Positions 47,729-56,567 of a stretch of 64,000 bases of DNA are shown in pieces. The stretch's first letter is position 1; the number at the start of each line of letters is the position of its first letter. The DNA is from a virus: IMG/VR virus record IMGVR_UViG_3300029922_000003, one strand, 5' to 3'. The position numbers and the translations under genes are program-made. The notes below the pieces were generated by a model. The model was given only the letters and a program-made list of their open reading frames with translations, did no database searches and was not told where the DNA came from.

Positions 47729-50464
47729 TTAGATTACGTTGAGCACCAGGTTCACATTGTTAACTGGATATGGTAGAGTCAGATTGATATTTGAATTAAT
47801 CTTGGTCCTGATGATTGGATCAATCGACAGGCTGTTGATTGTGAATCCAAGCAGCTGGGCTCCAGCACTATCAGTGACTGCATTTCCCATCAAGTATGTC
47901 AGACGGTCTGTAAGACGAGTCTGCATTAGCTGAACGAAATATGGATTGTTGTTGTACTGACCAACATACACCAGAAGATCCCCTCTGAGATACTTGGCAA
48001 TAGAATCCAAGTTTGTTGTGATAGAGATTTCAGACGTATTGTCGTCAGTATAGTCAGTAGTAAGCTGATGACGATTGAAGATCGCTCCACCATTTGATGC
48101 CTGATCGATGATCCACGTTCCCCCACCAGCGATAACGTTGAGCTGGGTGAGAGAGAAGTATGGGGTAGAGTGAGCAGCAGATGTGAATCCAAGAAGTGTC
48201 ACATTTGTCAGAGGTTGGTGAGGAGCAACACCAGACTTAAGTCCAGCAACAGCAGCGGCACCGAAGTAACCTGCAACAGTTAGAGTGCCATCACCCAGAA
48301 CGTCTGGCCAGACATTAACAACGCGGCGGTTTCCAAGGGCGGAAGAGGAGGCGGCGATAGCAGCTGCCTGCTCGTCCTTGCTCAGGCTGCGAGAAATCTG
48401 GATGCGGCGTGGGCTACCGGAAGATCCAATAGGAGCTGCGAACCCAGGAGACACAAGCTTGAGGTTTTGCTCATCTATGACACTGAGAATAACAACCGAA
48501 TCGTACACATTGTTTCCAAGGGCATCAACCGTGAAGTTGGAGCGGAACACATCTCCAGGGCGGATCCCATCAGTGATAAATGTAGCACCTGATACTGTGG
48601 CCAGCGTATAAGCTGTGACCTCGGAGCTACTATCAATAGCAACATACCCTGTCCAAGCTGTGCCGGTACCTGGGTTGATGTCGTACTTGAGGACTGTAGG
48701 AGAAAATGCCTGATTGACGATTGCAACGCGCTCTCTCGAGATAGAGGGATCGCTAGCAGCTAGGACGTGAGCCTCAGCAGCCTGGATGATCGTAGGATCA
48801 GTTGTAAGAGGGACGATGTAGTAAGCAGTAGGATCTGAAATGCTAGACTCGAAAGCCGCATTATACCCATCAACTGTTTCTGCAGTCACTGGGACGTAGT
48901 ACACAACCGCTCCAGCGGAGTTCTCAAGAGCCTTTCCAACTGCATAAGCAACTGGGTTCTCAGGAACGTTTTTGCCGATCTGAGCAGGGATCAGGGATGG
49001 ATCGCTGATCGTATTGAGCTGATTGGCATTGTCGATAACAAGAGCCTCGTAGCCAATGTTAACAGTAGCGCTAACAATCGGCATCTTGAGCAGAGTGCTG
49101 TAGGAATCAGTAAAGTTGCTGTTAGAAGCAAACAGCTGATCTTCGACAGTAACCGTCTTGCTGTCTGAGGAGATAGTGAATGCAACGTCACCTGGTGTTG
49201 GGTATCCAGCACGAGGGATGTTTAAAGAGGCTACGCTGTAGCAGAAATTGACTGTGATTGCGCTAGTGTTGGTCACTCCCGATGGAAGTGGGTCAGCAAG
49301 CGTAACAGTTGTTGCAGCACCAGCTGAGACAGCAGTGGCTGGAACGTAGAAAATATCTCCCAGTCGTAGTCCGGTATTGGAGCTACCCGAGAAAGTTGCA
49401 GTAAGCCCTAGGGACCCAAGGTAGAAAGACTTATTGCTCGAAGAGAGAGTCTGAGGTACCGCAGAGTCAACACCGTTGTTGGTAGATACAGCAACCTGTG
49501 GTCCGCTAGCCCATGTACCGCCCTTCACAACCTGGACTTCGTAAATCGTATTGTATTGACCAACATAAGTACCGGAGACGGATGGCTCTTGGTCAGCAAA
49601 AACAGCAGTAACGGCAACCGTGTACTGTTCGCCAGTGACATAGGCACCAGTTCCAGTGAAGTGAATAACAAGACCGCAAGTTCCAATAGTGATAGCAGTT
49701 CCTTCCGCTGCAGAGGCAACGCTAGCAACATTATCTCCCTGAACGCTTGTGATATTGAGGGTGGCTGCAGATCCTGTTCCACCAGATGCAACTGTGATGG
49801 TGTAGGTGTCGCTGATATAACCAGCGGCGATGTTGCCGATAAAAGCACTAGATGAATCAATTACAACAGCGTGACCTGTACCTTCGGCATTTACCGTTGT
49901 AATGGTATTAGCACCGGCGCTGTGTAGGTTACTAGCATCAGCAGTAACAGACCCAACCGAAGAGGCAACAACAGCGCGAGTAATCCCAGTTACGCGAGTT
50001 TCGCTAATGGTAGAGCCAGAGAGTGAAACAACAACTCCGTCGCCCACATTAACGTCGCGGCCATAGAAAGCCCCATTGCGAGCAAAGGCAACGCTTCCGT
50101 CAGTGTTGTAGTACTGAACAAATCCACCACTAGCAAGGGTCAGAGAATTCTGAGCAGAACCAAGGGTGATAGCGCTATAAGAAAATGATGCGTAGGAGGC
50201 GAGAACGTCAGTAAGCTGAAGTTCGATAGAAGTGGGATCAACTTCGTCAAGTAGTCCAAGTCCTTTGAGGGCGTATGGAGTGTTGGCAGTTGTAACAAAG
50301 CTACCATACCCAGTATAGGAGGCATCGGTAGGATCATTAACATCCTTGATGTTTTTCTGAGATCCAACAATTACCGCAATAAGGTCTTGGGTGGCAGTCG
50401 CTGGGAGGGCTGCAAAGTCCTGCTGAATGTCAACCTGAGGAAGGAGATATGTTCTAGTGGCCAT
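47729..50464 (-). CDS. Contractile tail sheath protein
   Basis: 911 aa; C-terminal AAAVAGLKSG...PLTNV, GGTWII, RHQLTTD, EISITTNLDSIAK, LPYPVNNVNL. Confidence 0.9.
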   Translation of the reverse strand: MATRTYLLPQVDIQQDFAALPATATQDLIAVIVGSQKNIKDVNDPTDASYTGYGSFVTTANTPYALKGLGLLDEVDPTSIELQLTDVLASYASFSYSAITLGSAQNSLTLASGGFVQYYNTDGSVAFARNGAFYGRDVNVGDGVVVSLSGSTISETRVTGITRAVVASSVGSVTADASNLHSAGANTITTVNAEGTGHAVVIDSSSAFIGNIAAGYISDTYTITVASGGTGSAATLNITSVQGDNVASVASAAEGTAITIGTCGLVIHFTGTGAYVTGEQYTVAVTAVFADQEPSVSGTYVGQYNTIYEVQVVKGGTWASGPQVAVSTNNGVDSAVPQTLSSSNKSFYLGSLGLTATFSGSSNTGLRLGDIFYVPATAVSAGAATTVTLADPLPSGVTNTSAITVNFCYSVASLNIPRAGYPTPGDVAFTISSDSKTVTVEDQLFASNSNFTDSYSTLLKMPIVSATVNIGYEALVIDNANQLNTISDPSLIPAQIGKNVPENPVAYAVGKALENSAGAVVYYVPVTAETVDGYNAAFESSISDPTAYYIVPLTTDPTIIQAAEAHVLAASDPSISRERVAIVNQAFSPTVLKYDINPGTGTAWTGYVAIDSSSEVTAYTLATVSGATFITDGIRPGDVFRSNFTVDALGNNVYDSVVILSVIDEQNLKLVSPGFAAPIGSSGSPRRIQISRSLSKDEQAAAIAASSSALGNRRVVNVWPDVLGDGTLTVAGYFGAAAVAGLKSGVAPHQPLTNVTLLGFTSAAHSTPYFSLTQLNVIAGGGTWIIDQASNGGAIFNRHQLTTDYTDDNTSEISITTNLDSIAKYLRGDLLVYVGQYNNNPYFVQLMQTRLTDRLTYLMGNAVTDSAGAQLLGFTINSLSIDPIIRTKINSNINLTLPYPVNNVNLVLNVI

Positions 50465-50488
50465 GGGATTTATTTAATTACTATTAGA

Positions 50489-51166
50489 TCAGGTAAGTGC
50501 CTGTTGTGGCAAGATGTTTTTTGCTGTTTCGCTTATTTTTAGATTAGTAAATACCGATTTAACCCTAAGGCTTTCTGTTGTTATTCCCCAGTGCTCTTGA
50601 TATTTGACCTCGCAAGCAAAATCTGTTGTCCAATACTCCTTATATTCTTCTATTCTTTGGGTTTTCCCAGTGCTTACAGCCCTAACTCTATCTAGAGAAA
50701 AAGCCCTTTCTATTTGGTTTCTGAACCCAGAGACAAAGTACCTAAGTTCTGTTGCAAGTTCCATGCTAGCAAGCATGCTCTCGGCAATACATCTAAATTG
50801 TACAACAGAGTGATTCATGTTGAACATTGATACCAATCCAGTATTCGGATCAAATCCAAAAAAGTCATTAATAGCATCCTGTGGGTATTGAGCCTGATCA
50901 ATGCTAACTAGAATAGATGGCCTTTTGCCAACTACTGCTCTGTCTGCATTATATGTCTCACTGATCCAAACATTGGACACAGCTTGGTCTGGATTCCAAA
51001 GGTAATTAGAGGCTCCAGAAGAAATTCTATTTGTAGATCCAAAGTACTGACGTAGTGATGCGACAAATACAGACAGTACATAAATAGGTGTCTTTAGGTA
51101 GCACCCATCTTCTGCTCTAACTGGGTACAAGGTAGCGCCGGTTAAACTCTTGATTTGTTCACTCAT
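50489..51166 (-). CDS. Putative tail terminator/completion protein
   Basis: Position between neck and sheath genes; ISETYN...RPSILV. Confidence 0.6.
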   Translation of the reverse strand: MSEQIKSLTGATLYPVRAEDGCYLKTPIYVLSVFVASLRQYFGSTNRISSGASNYLWNPDQAVSNVWISETYNADRAVVGKRPSILVSIDQAQYPQDAINDFFGFDPNTGLVSMFNMNHSVVQFRCIAESMLASMELATELRYFVSGFRNQIERAFSLDRVRAVSTGKTQRIEEYKEYWTTDFACEVKYQEHWGITTESLRVKSVFTNLKISETAKNILPQQALT

Positions 51167-51939
51167 CGTAGAGGTATCTTAAATGCAGGATCTGTAACAG
51201 GCAACCTTGTAATTTTAACTGACTGCTTAACCTTAAGCCCGCGAAATTCAATCTGATCTACTTGAGCAACTTTGTAGCGAGCATTTGCGTCTTTGCTAAT
51301 CCAGATATCCTGAGGCTTTATAGTTGGATATGGCATTGCCAAGAAGGCGCTGTCTGCCTGCTCTACTAGCCCTTGCTCTTCCACTGGGATCTTTGACGTT
51401 CCACCTGGGGGTACATACTCATAGGCGACAAACATGTCAATTGGTGGCCAATAACCACCTTTGAACTTCTGTCCAAGCCCATCCTTGTCTTCAGTACCAA
51501 TTGGCTGTCCAAGAATCGGATGGACATTGCTTGCAGGCTCTCCAAAGGTCTTTAGCCTAAGAAGTGTACCTGTAGCACCGTTGAATTTCTTTAGCTCAAG
51601 ATTCCACCTGCGGAGCATCTCCCTGTATCTAAGGTAGTCAGGACGAGTAGGTTCTCCGGCGGCATTGTCTGGAGAGGACACAGCTACCTGTACCCCATTC
51701 TCCTTTGCGATTACCCTAAACCAAAGAGCGTCTATATTAGACAGAATCCTATCTGGCTTGGTAATTGTTATTTCATTGTCGCCAAATACGTCAGCAGCTT
51801 TAACCCACGGACCAGAATCAGTAGGAGACAACTCTACAGTAAACGAGAAATTACCCATGCCTTGACCATCCCACTCAACGTGGTACTTACTGTCTAGGAG
51901 TGATGGGTATATCGATAATCTTGTAAACTTGAAAGCCAT
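51163..51939 (-). CDS. Putative neck (head closure) protein with an FN3-like N-terminus
   Basis: VEW...FTVELSPTDSGPW...WFRV; GGYWPPI; PYPTIKPQDI...RYKV. Confidence 0.6.
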   Translation of the reverse strand: MAFKFTRLSIYPSLLDSKYHVEWDGQGMGNFSFTVELSPTDSGPWVKAADVFGDNEITITKPDRILSNIDALWFRVIAKENGVQVAVSSPDNAAGEPTRPDYLRYREMLRRWNLELKKFNGATGTLLRLKTFGEPASNVHPILGQPIGTEDKDGLGQKFKGGYWPPIDMFVAYEYVPPGGTSKIPVEEQGLVEQADSAFLAMPYPTIKPQDIWISKDANARYKVAQVDQIEFRGLKVKQSVKITRLPVTDPAFKIPLR

Positions 51940-52389
51940 TTAGAACGGACGTATATATCTGTATGGTCCCGCAATAGATCCATAACACAATTCTGCATTC
52001 TTCATCCTCTTGATGTCTACAATGCGCTTATTAAATTCTTGGACTAATTGATTGGCAATAGACAGGTACTCCTGGGTCTTACCTTTGTCCTGAATTGTTG
52101 CTCCGTCCTTGGTAGAGAAGTCTAGTCGATTTCTTGAGTAATTAATTGCCTTGGATCTCATGAGATATCCAGAGGCACCCACAAGCATCTCGTACCGGTA
52201 CGGGAAGTCTTCGACAGTATAGGTGTCTACAAAAGGTAGAGTAGAATTATATGTATCAGTAACCAGGATCATCGCTTGTTCGATGTCCTTATCCTCGAAC
52301 TCTACAGAGTCCAATAGAAAATTTTCCGCTGCGGACCGATCCATAAGAAAGAATCGGACATCTGCAGGGGTTACGAGTTGCTGTATCAT
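51940..52389 (-). CDS. Putative head-tail adaptor
   Basis: DVRFFLMDR...EFEDKDIEQAM...DTYN; helical; first gene of the neck block. Confidence 0.6.
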   Translation of the reverse strand: MIQQLVTPADVRFFLMDRSAAENFLLDSVEFEDKDIEQAMILVTDTYNSTLPFVDTYTVEDFPYRYEMLVGASGYLMRSKAINYSRNRLDFSTKDGATIQDKGKTQEYLSIANQLVQEFNKRIVDIKRMKNAELCYGSIAGPYRYIRPF

Positions 52390-52392
52390 GTT

Positions 52393-53067
52393 TTAGCCCT
52401 GAAGCTTGCTCGCTAAAAATCCACTAGTAATATCTCTACCATGTTGACCAGCGTCCAATCTATCTTTTAGCCACAGTCTAGATGCATCTACCCCAGATTG
52501 TGGCTGGGGAGAGACCCCAGGTATCTTTATGTCAGTACTTGACCTAGTAAGTTTTCCCAAAAGATCATTTATCTTAATGGAGTTGTCTTCCCCGTAAATA
52601 GATGGGTTTAGTTTATACCCATGATGCTCCATCATTTCCCCCTCTAGTCCTGCCGCCTCCGCAAGACTTGACCCTTGCGTAATTTGCTCATTAAGAGGCA
52701 AGGTCTTCATGTATGGACTATTTTTGACAATGTGATCCATTAGAGATTGCTCCTCAGGTCTTCTCCCTGTGAGCCTACCAAACTCGTTCGACTCAAACAC
52801 CGCCTGCCCTGTCGGAGCTGCAAAACCTTTTCTTACAATATCTGGACCAAAATTTTTTATCTGCCTTAATTGATTCGCAGCAGCATTCCTAGACCTTCCA
52901 ATCATATCACCTATTACATTAGAAATTACATCAGGACTATGACCAATTATTCCACTCTCGAAAGGTCTTCCTTTTGATAAAAGACCTCGTAGTTCCTCTA
53001 GCATATGTAGCCCACCAGCAGCTTCCTTGTGTATTTCTGTTAAATATAGTTTTGCGTATTTATTCAT
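52393..53067 (-). CDS. MNKYA-family protein 3
   Basis: Leader MNKYAKLYLTEIHKEAA. Confidence 0.7.
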   Translation of the reverse strand: MNKYAKLYLTEIHKEAAGGLHMLEELRGLLSKGRPFESGIIGHSPDVISNVIGDMIGRSRNAAANQLRQIKNFGPDIVRKGFAAPTGQAVFESNEFGRLTGRRPEEQSLMDHIVKNSPYMKTLPLNEQITQGSSLAEAAGLEGEMMEHHGYKLNPSIYGEDNSIKINDLLGKLTRSSTDIKIPGVSPQPQSGVDASRLWLKDRLDAGQHGRDITSGFLASKLQG

Positions 53068-53069
53068 AA

Positions 53070-53564
53070 TTATTGTTTGTTTGAAATTCTGCTCAAGAGA
53101 TCTGCGACTGAAACTGATGGAAGCATTGCTTTGTCTCCAGCAGTAACTGCAGCATTGGCTGTATGTTTGACTGGCTTCATCAAGCTCTCGAGAAGTCCAC
53201 CTTCTGGAGTGCCAGCACCGATAGCGGCATCTCTGGCATTTCCCTGAAGTGATGTAACACCCTGAGCAATGGTAGGAGCAGCAAGAGCAGCACCGACGCC
53301 AATCCCACCACCGGCAAGCATACCTTTGATGGCTTCACTCACTCGGCTCTTCTTGTGACCGTGAGAATCGTATCCAGGTTCCTTTACTGCTCCAGCAATT
53401 CCACCGATGCCGGCACCAATTGCTCCAAGAGCAGGAGCACCTTCAGTGAGGGCCTGAGTAGTATCAAAAGGATGATAGTTCTTAACAGCTGTGGCAGTCT
53501 GGTCTGCAATTCCACCAAGGGATTTGGAGACCTGGTCAAAGTATTGATTGGCGTATTTATTCAT
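53070..53564 (-). CDS. MNKYA-family glycine-zipper protein 2
   Basis: MNKYANQYFD; two Gly/Ala helices around GHKKSR. Confidence 0.75.
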   Translation of the reverse strand: MNKYANQYFDQVSKSLGGIADQTATAVKNYHPFDTTQALTEGAPALGAIGAGIGGIAGAVKEPGYDSHGHKKSRVSEAIKGMLAGGGIGVGAALAAPTIAQGVTSLQGNARDAAIGAGTPEGGLLESLMKPVKHTANAAVTAGDKAMLPSVSVADLLSRISNKQ

Positions 53565-53567
53565 GAA

Positions 53568-53903
53568 TTAAGTGTATTTGGGAATAGAAGCAGCGGTAAT
53601 TGCTCCAACAGGGATTCCTGCAGCAGCTCCGACTCCAAGTCCAACAGCTCCACCAGCAAGCATCCTCTTGAGAGCCTCTTTAATGCGGCTCTTTTGATGG
53701 CCCTGCTCATCAACACCTGGGTCTATTGCTCCGCTAAGAGCACCAATAGTTCCTCCTGCCATCAACCCCTTTGCACCCAAAGCTCCCATAGACCCAGCAA
53801 CTATTGCAGAACTTGGGATTGTATCATTTTGTAGGCCACCATTTATGTTCCAGGATGCCTGCTTGTCTAAATTATCGAAGTATTGATTGGCGTACTTGTT
53901 CAT
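53568..53903 (-). CDS. MNKYA-family glycine-zipper protein 1
   Basis: MNKYANQYFDNLDKQAS; two Gly/Ala helices around GHQKSR. Confidence 0.75.
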   Translation of the reverse strand: MNKYANQYFDNLDKQASWNINGGLQNDTIPSSAIVAGSMGALGAKGLMAGGTIGALSGAIDPGVDEQGHQKSRIKEALKRMLAGGAVGLGVGAAAGIPVGAITAASIPKYT

Positions 53904-54064
53904 CGCTTAAATCTATCAAAGATTCTACTCGCAATAAAGAATATTAGTAAAATAACAATAGCATACAGCGCCGGAGCCTCTGGGACGGGATGTATGTGGT
54001 GATCGTCGTCGTTGAAACTTCCAGGAACTATACTGTTTGCGTTCAAGGTAAGAGAGTTGTCCAT
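53900..54064 (-). CDS. 54-aa membrane micro-protein with a PEP-CTERM-like tail
   Basis: MDNSLTLNANSIVPGSFNDDDHHIHPVPEAPALYAIVILLIFFIASRIFDRFKR; TAATG overlap at the start and ATGA overlap at the end. Confidence 0.7.
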   Translation of the reverse strand: MDNSLTLNANSIVPGSFNDDDHHIHPVPEAPALYAIVILLIFFIASRIFDRFKR

Positions 54065-54324
54065 TAATGGAAGTTTGATTTGAATACGTCTGGGCTCATT
54101 GGGTAGTACTGACCAGATGCTTCTAGGATGTAATCACCAGGGCAAACCTTAAATAGATTGCCGTTGCTCTGAATGATCCCATGTGTACTGTTTTTGTTTT
54201 TGCAGAATCTACAAATGGGGTCAGGACCCTGTGTAGACTTCAGGTTCTTGACATGGGGGTGTGGTTTGTCCTGACTCCAGAGAGAAGCCTGTACCTCTGA
54301 ACCCTTTTTGTTGTAGAGAGCCAT
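54064..54324 (-). CDS. Small PGDY-motif phage protein
   Basis: HGIIQS...VCPGDYIL...GQYYPM.PDVF. Confidence 0.7.
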   Translation of the reverse strand: MALYNKKGSEVQASLWSQDKPHPHVKNLKSTQGPDPICRFCKNKNSTHGIIQSNGNLFKVCPGDYILEASGQYYPMSPDVFKSNFH

Positions 54325-54434
54325 GGGTTAATTGTAGCATGTCAGTTGTCTCTAGTGCATCTCTTTCTAAAAAAATATTTTAAGATATTTTTAGGAAAAA
54401 CATGAACATGAATTGTTGTTAACAATATAACTAC

Positions 54435-54468
54435 AAAAGAAAAGGCCCAGCAATTTCTTGCTGGGCCT
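54435..54468 (-). terminator. Intrinsic terminator after the major capsid gene
   Basis: AGGCCCAGCAA/TTGCTGGGCCT 11-bp stem followed by TTTCTTTT. Confidence 0.85.
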
Positions 54469-54487
54469 GTGAACTTTCTATTCTGTA

Positions 54488-55519
54488 TTACCAGAATTTA
54501 GCTTTCGAGACGCCAAAGCAGTTACCGAGGCTTGCACCAATACTGGAATACAAGAACCACTCAAGCATGAACGCTCTGCGATCCACGAACATCGTAGGCT
54601 GCTCAAGCTCATAGAACTTGCCCAGGAACTGGGGAGCTGCGAAGGCGTAAACCTCACCGTCCTTGATGATGTCATCCTTGATGGTGAACAAGTGCTTCTG
54701 TCCCAACAGGGTCGTTTCCGTGAGACCGTTCTTGAACAGCTCTTCGGAGAGATCACCGATGTTGGAGTGTTGGAACTTGAGGTACTCGCGTCCTGTATTC
54801 ACGTTCATCACGATCAGATCGGGATTGAGGCGAATAGGAGTACTGTACTGACCAAGTGTTCCACCACCAGGGGTGAAGCCTGTGCTCATGATCTTCAGGA
54901 AGTCAACGATGTTGCTGCGGGTAAACCCATCAGTAGCACCGTTCGGGTTGCCCCAAACATTTGTGAAGTCATAGAACTGTACCTTGCCGGTTACTGGGCT
55001 GACGTTCGATCCACCAGTAGGTGCAGCGAAAGTTCCGCCAGTAGGGGCAGCAGAAGGAAGGACGATAGCATTGACCGACTGGAAGAACGGAACGTCCTCA
55101 GCTGTCATGTGATCCTTGACTGCATTCTCCTTGAACACATTGCGGATGTCGTAGTCGTAACCTTCAAGACGGCGAGCGTCCTGGAAGAAACTTGGACTCA
55201 CAATGCGAGCAAAGTCAACGCGATAGCGGTCACCCTTCATGATGCGGTTCTTAGGAAGTGTAGCAAAACCAACTGTCATGGACAGTGGCTGGCCAACTTC
55301 CTTGTCGACGATCTTGACAGGCTCTTCAGTGTCGAGCTGTTTGTCGAGCTCGGCAGTGGTGATTGTCTGAGGGGGAAGGATCTTGCGGAGCAGTCCCTCT
55401 TCGCGAAGAGTCAGACGAGTATAGTCCGTGGCGACCTCAGCGGCCTTATCAAGATTACCAGAGGCAATCTTCTCCATGAACTTGTCGTTGATCAATTTTG
55501 CGGGAATATCTTTATTCAT
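54488..55519 (-). CDS. Major capsid protein (HK97-fold inferred)
   Basis: 343 aa, followed by a strong terminator and preceded by decoration- and scaffold-like genes; LREEGLLRKILPP, YDIRNVFKENAVKD, YAFAAPQFLGKFY. Confidence 0.8.
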   Translation of the reverse strand: MNKDIPAKLINDKFMEKIASGNLDKAAEVATDYTRLTLREEGLLRKILPPQTITTAELDKQLDTEEPVKIVDKEVGQPLSMTVGFATLPKNRIMKGDRYRVDFARIVSPSFFQDARRLEGYDYDIRNVFKENAVKDHMTAEDVPFFQSVNAIVLPSAAPTGGTFAAPTGGSNVSPVTGKVQFYDFTNVWGNPNGATDGFTRSNIVDFLKIMSTGFTPGGGTLGQYSTPIRLNPDLIVMNVNTGREYLKFQHSNIGDLSEELFKNGLTETTLLGQKHLFTIKDDIIKDGEVYAFAAPQFLGKFYELEQPTMFVDRRAFMLEWFLYSSIGASLGNCFGVSKAKFW

Positions 55520-55544
55520 AAAATTATTTTCCTGTGTTTAGCTA

Positions 55545-56018
55545 TTAGCTGATGCGATGGCTAGTGGAAGGAATGTAGGTAAGATAAGTCTTCGTACCGA
55601 GGGAATAAGGGGCAACCGAAACGGTGCCGATAATCACTTCGCCAGAAGCAGCTTTCTTGATGGTACCAGCGGGAGCCGAAACCGGATCGCCGATGTTGTA
55701 GGAGGCGGCTGTGTAAACAGCAGTTTCGATCTCAAGCGCATTGCTGAAAGCGATACCGTGAATAGCACCATAACCAACCTGGACATATGACGTAGGGTTG
55801 TCCGATCCACGGTTAGTGGAAGGATCCGTAGCGTCGACCATGATCACAAAAGGGATCTGGTCCACTGAGGTAACTCCGAGCTGCCATACACCTGCGGTGG
55901 ACACGGTAGCAATGAGTCCCTGTGAGAGCGTCACGCCGGAACCGGCGGGAAGACTCTTTTCAACAATAAACGGACTGGGCCAGCCCTTTGTAATGTTGAC
56001 ATTGACTTGTAGAGACAT
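55545..56018 (-). CDS. Capsid decoration/cement protein
   Basis: Beta-tulip-like pattern; YNIGDPVSAPAGTIK...IIGTV; directly upstream of the capsid gene. Confidence 0.7.
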   Translation of the reverse strand: MSLQVNVNITKGWPSPFIVEKSLPAGSGVTLSQGLIATVSTAGVWQLGVTSVDQIPFVIMVDATDPSTNRGSDNPTSYVQVGYGAIHGIAFSNALEIETAVYTAASYNIGDPVSAPAGTIKKAASGEVIIGTVSVAPYSLGTKTYLTYIPSTSHRIS

Positions 56019-56166
56019 TGTATTTTTTTCCTTGTTTTGGATTTGCTCCTACTACATTCCGCTTAGCAGAATCATCTCGAGAGCTTGATGAGATCAACCT
56101 AAGTATTACTTAGAATTGACGTTGAATATATATTGCGTTAAATCCTTATTTTTTGCAACATTTATT

Positions 56167-56565
56167 TTAGCCTTCCATCGCAAGTCTCTCGAACGGATCG
56201 AGATTTGCTGTGGAAGGAACGTCACCAGCGGAACCGAAGCTATCAGCTTTAAGTTCTCCAGCTAGCTTATCTAGTACATTAAAAATTTCAGAAGGATCTT
56301 CGACGAGCGTTTTTACGAAAGCCACCTTGTTAGAGTCTTCAAGAATCCCACGAGTAACGAGAGTGTTCGCGACCTTATTGACGTTGGTGCGGAATTCCTC
56401 TTCACGCTCTTTAGCGGTCTTCTCAAGCTTTTCGAGCTTGAGGGAGGCCTCTTTGTAGCGTGGCTGAATATCATGGAGGGTCTTCTGGGCTTCAAAAGCC
56501 GAGACCGATTGCTCTGCGAGTTTCGCTGCATCTTCGATGATTTGTTTAACAATAGTGTTATTCAT
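56167..56565 (-). CDS. Small coiled-coil head assembly protein
   Basis: 132 aa, helical, several KxA motifs. Confidence 0.65.
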   Translation of the reverse strand: MNNTIVKQIIEDAAKLAEQSVSAFEAQKTLHDIQPRYKEASLKLEKLEKTAKEREEEFRTNVNKVANTLVTRGILEDSNKVAFVKTLVEDPSEIFNVLDKLAGELKADSFGSAGDVPSTANLDPFERLAMEG

Positions 56566-56567
56566 GA

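Noticed and set aside
54365-54400. AT-rich imperfect inverted repeat upstream of the PGDY gene
   Set aside because: Low complexity makes the symmetry uninformative, and no second copy was seen.
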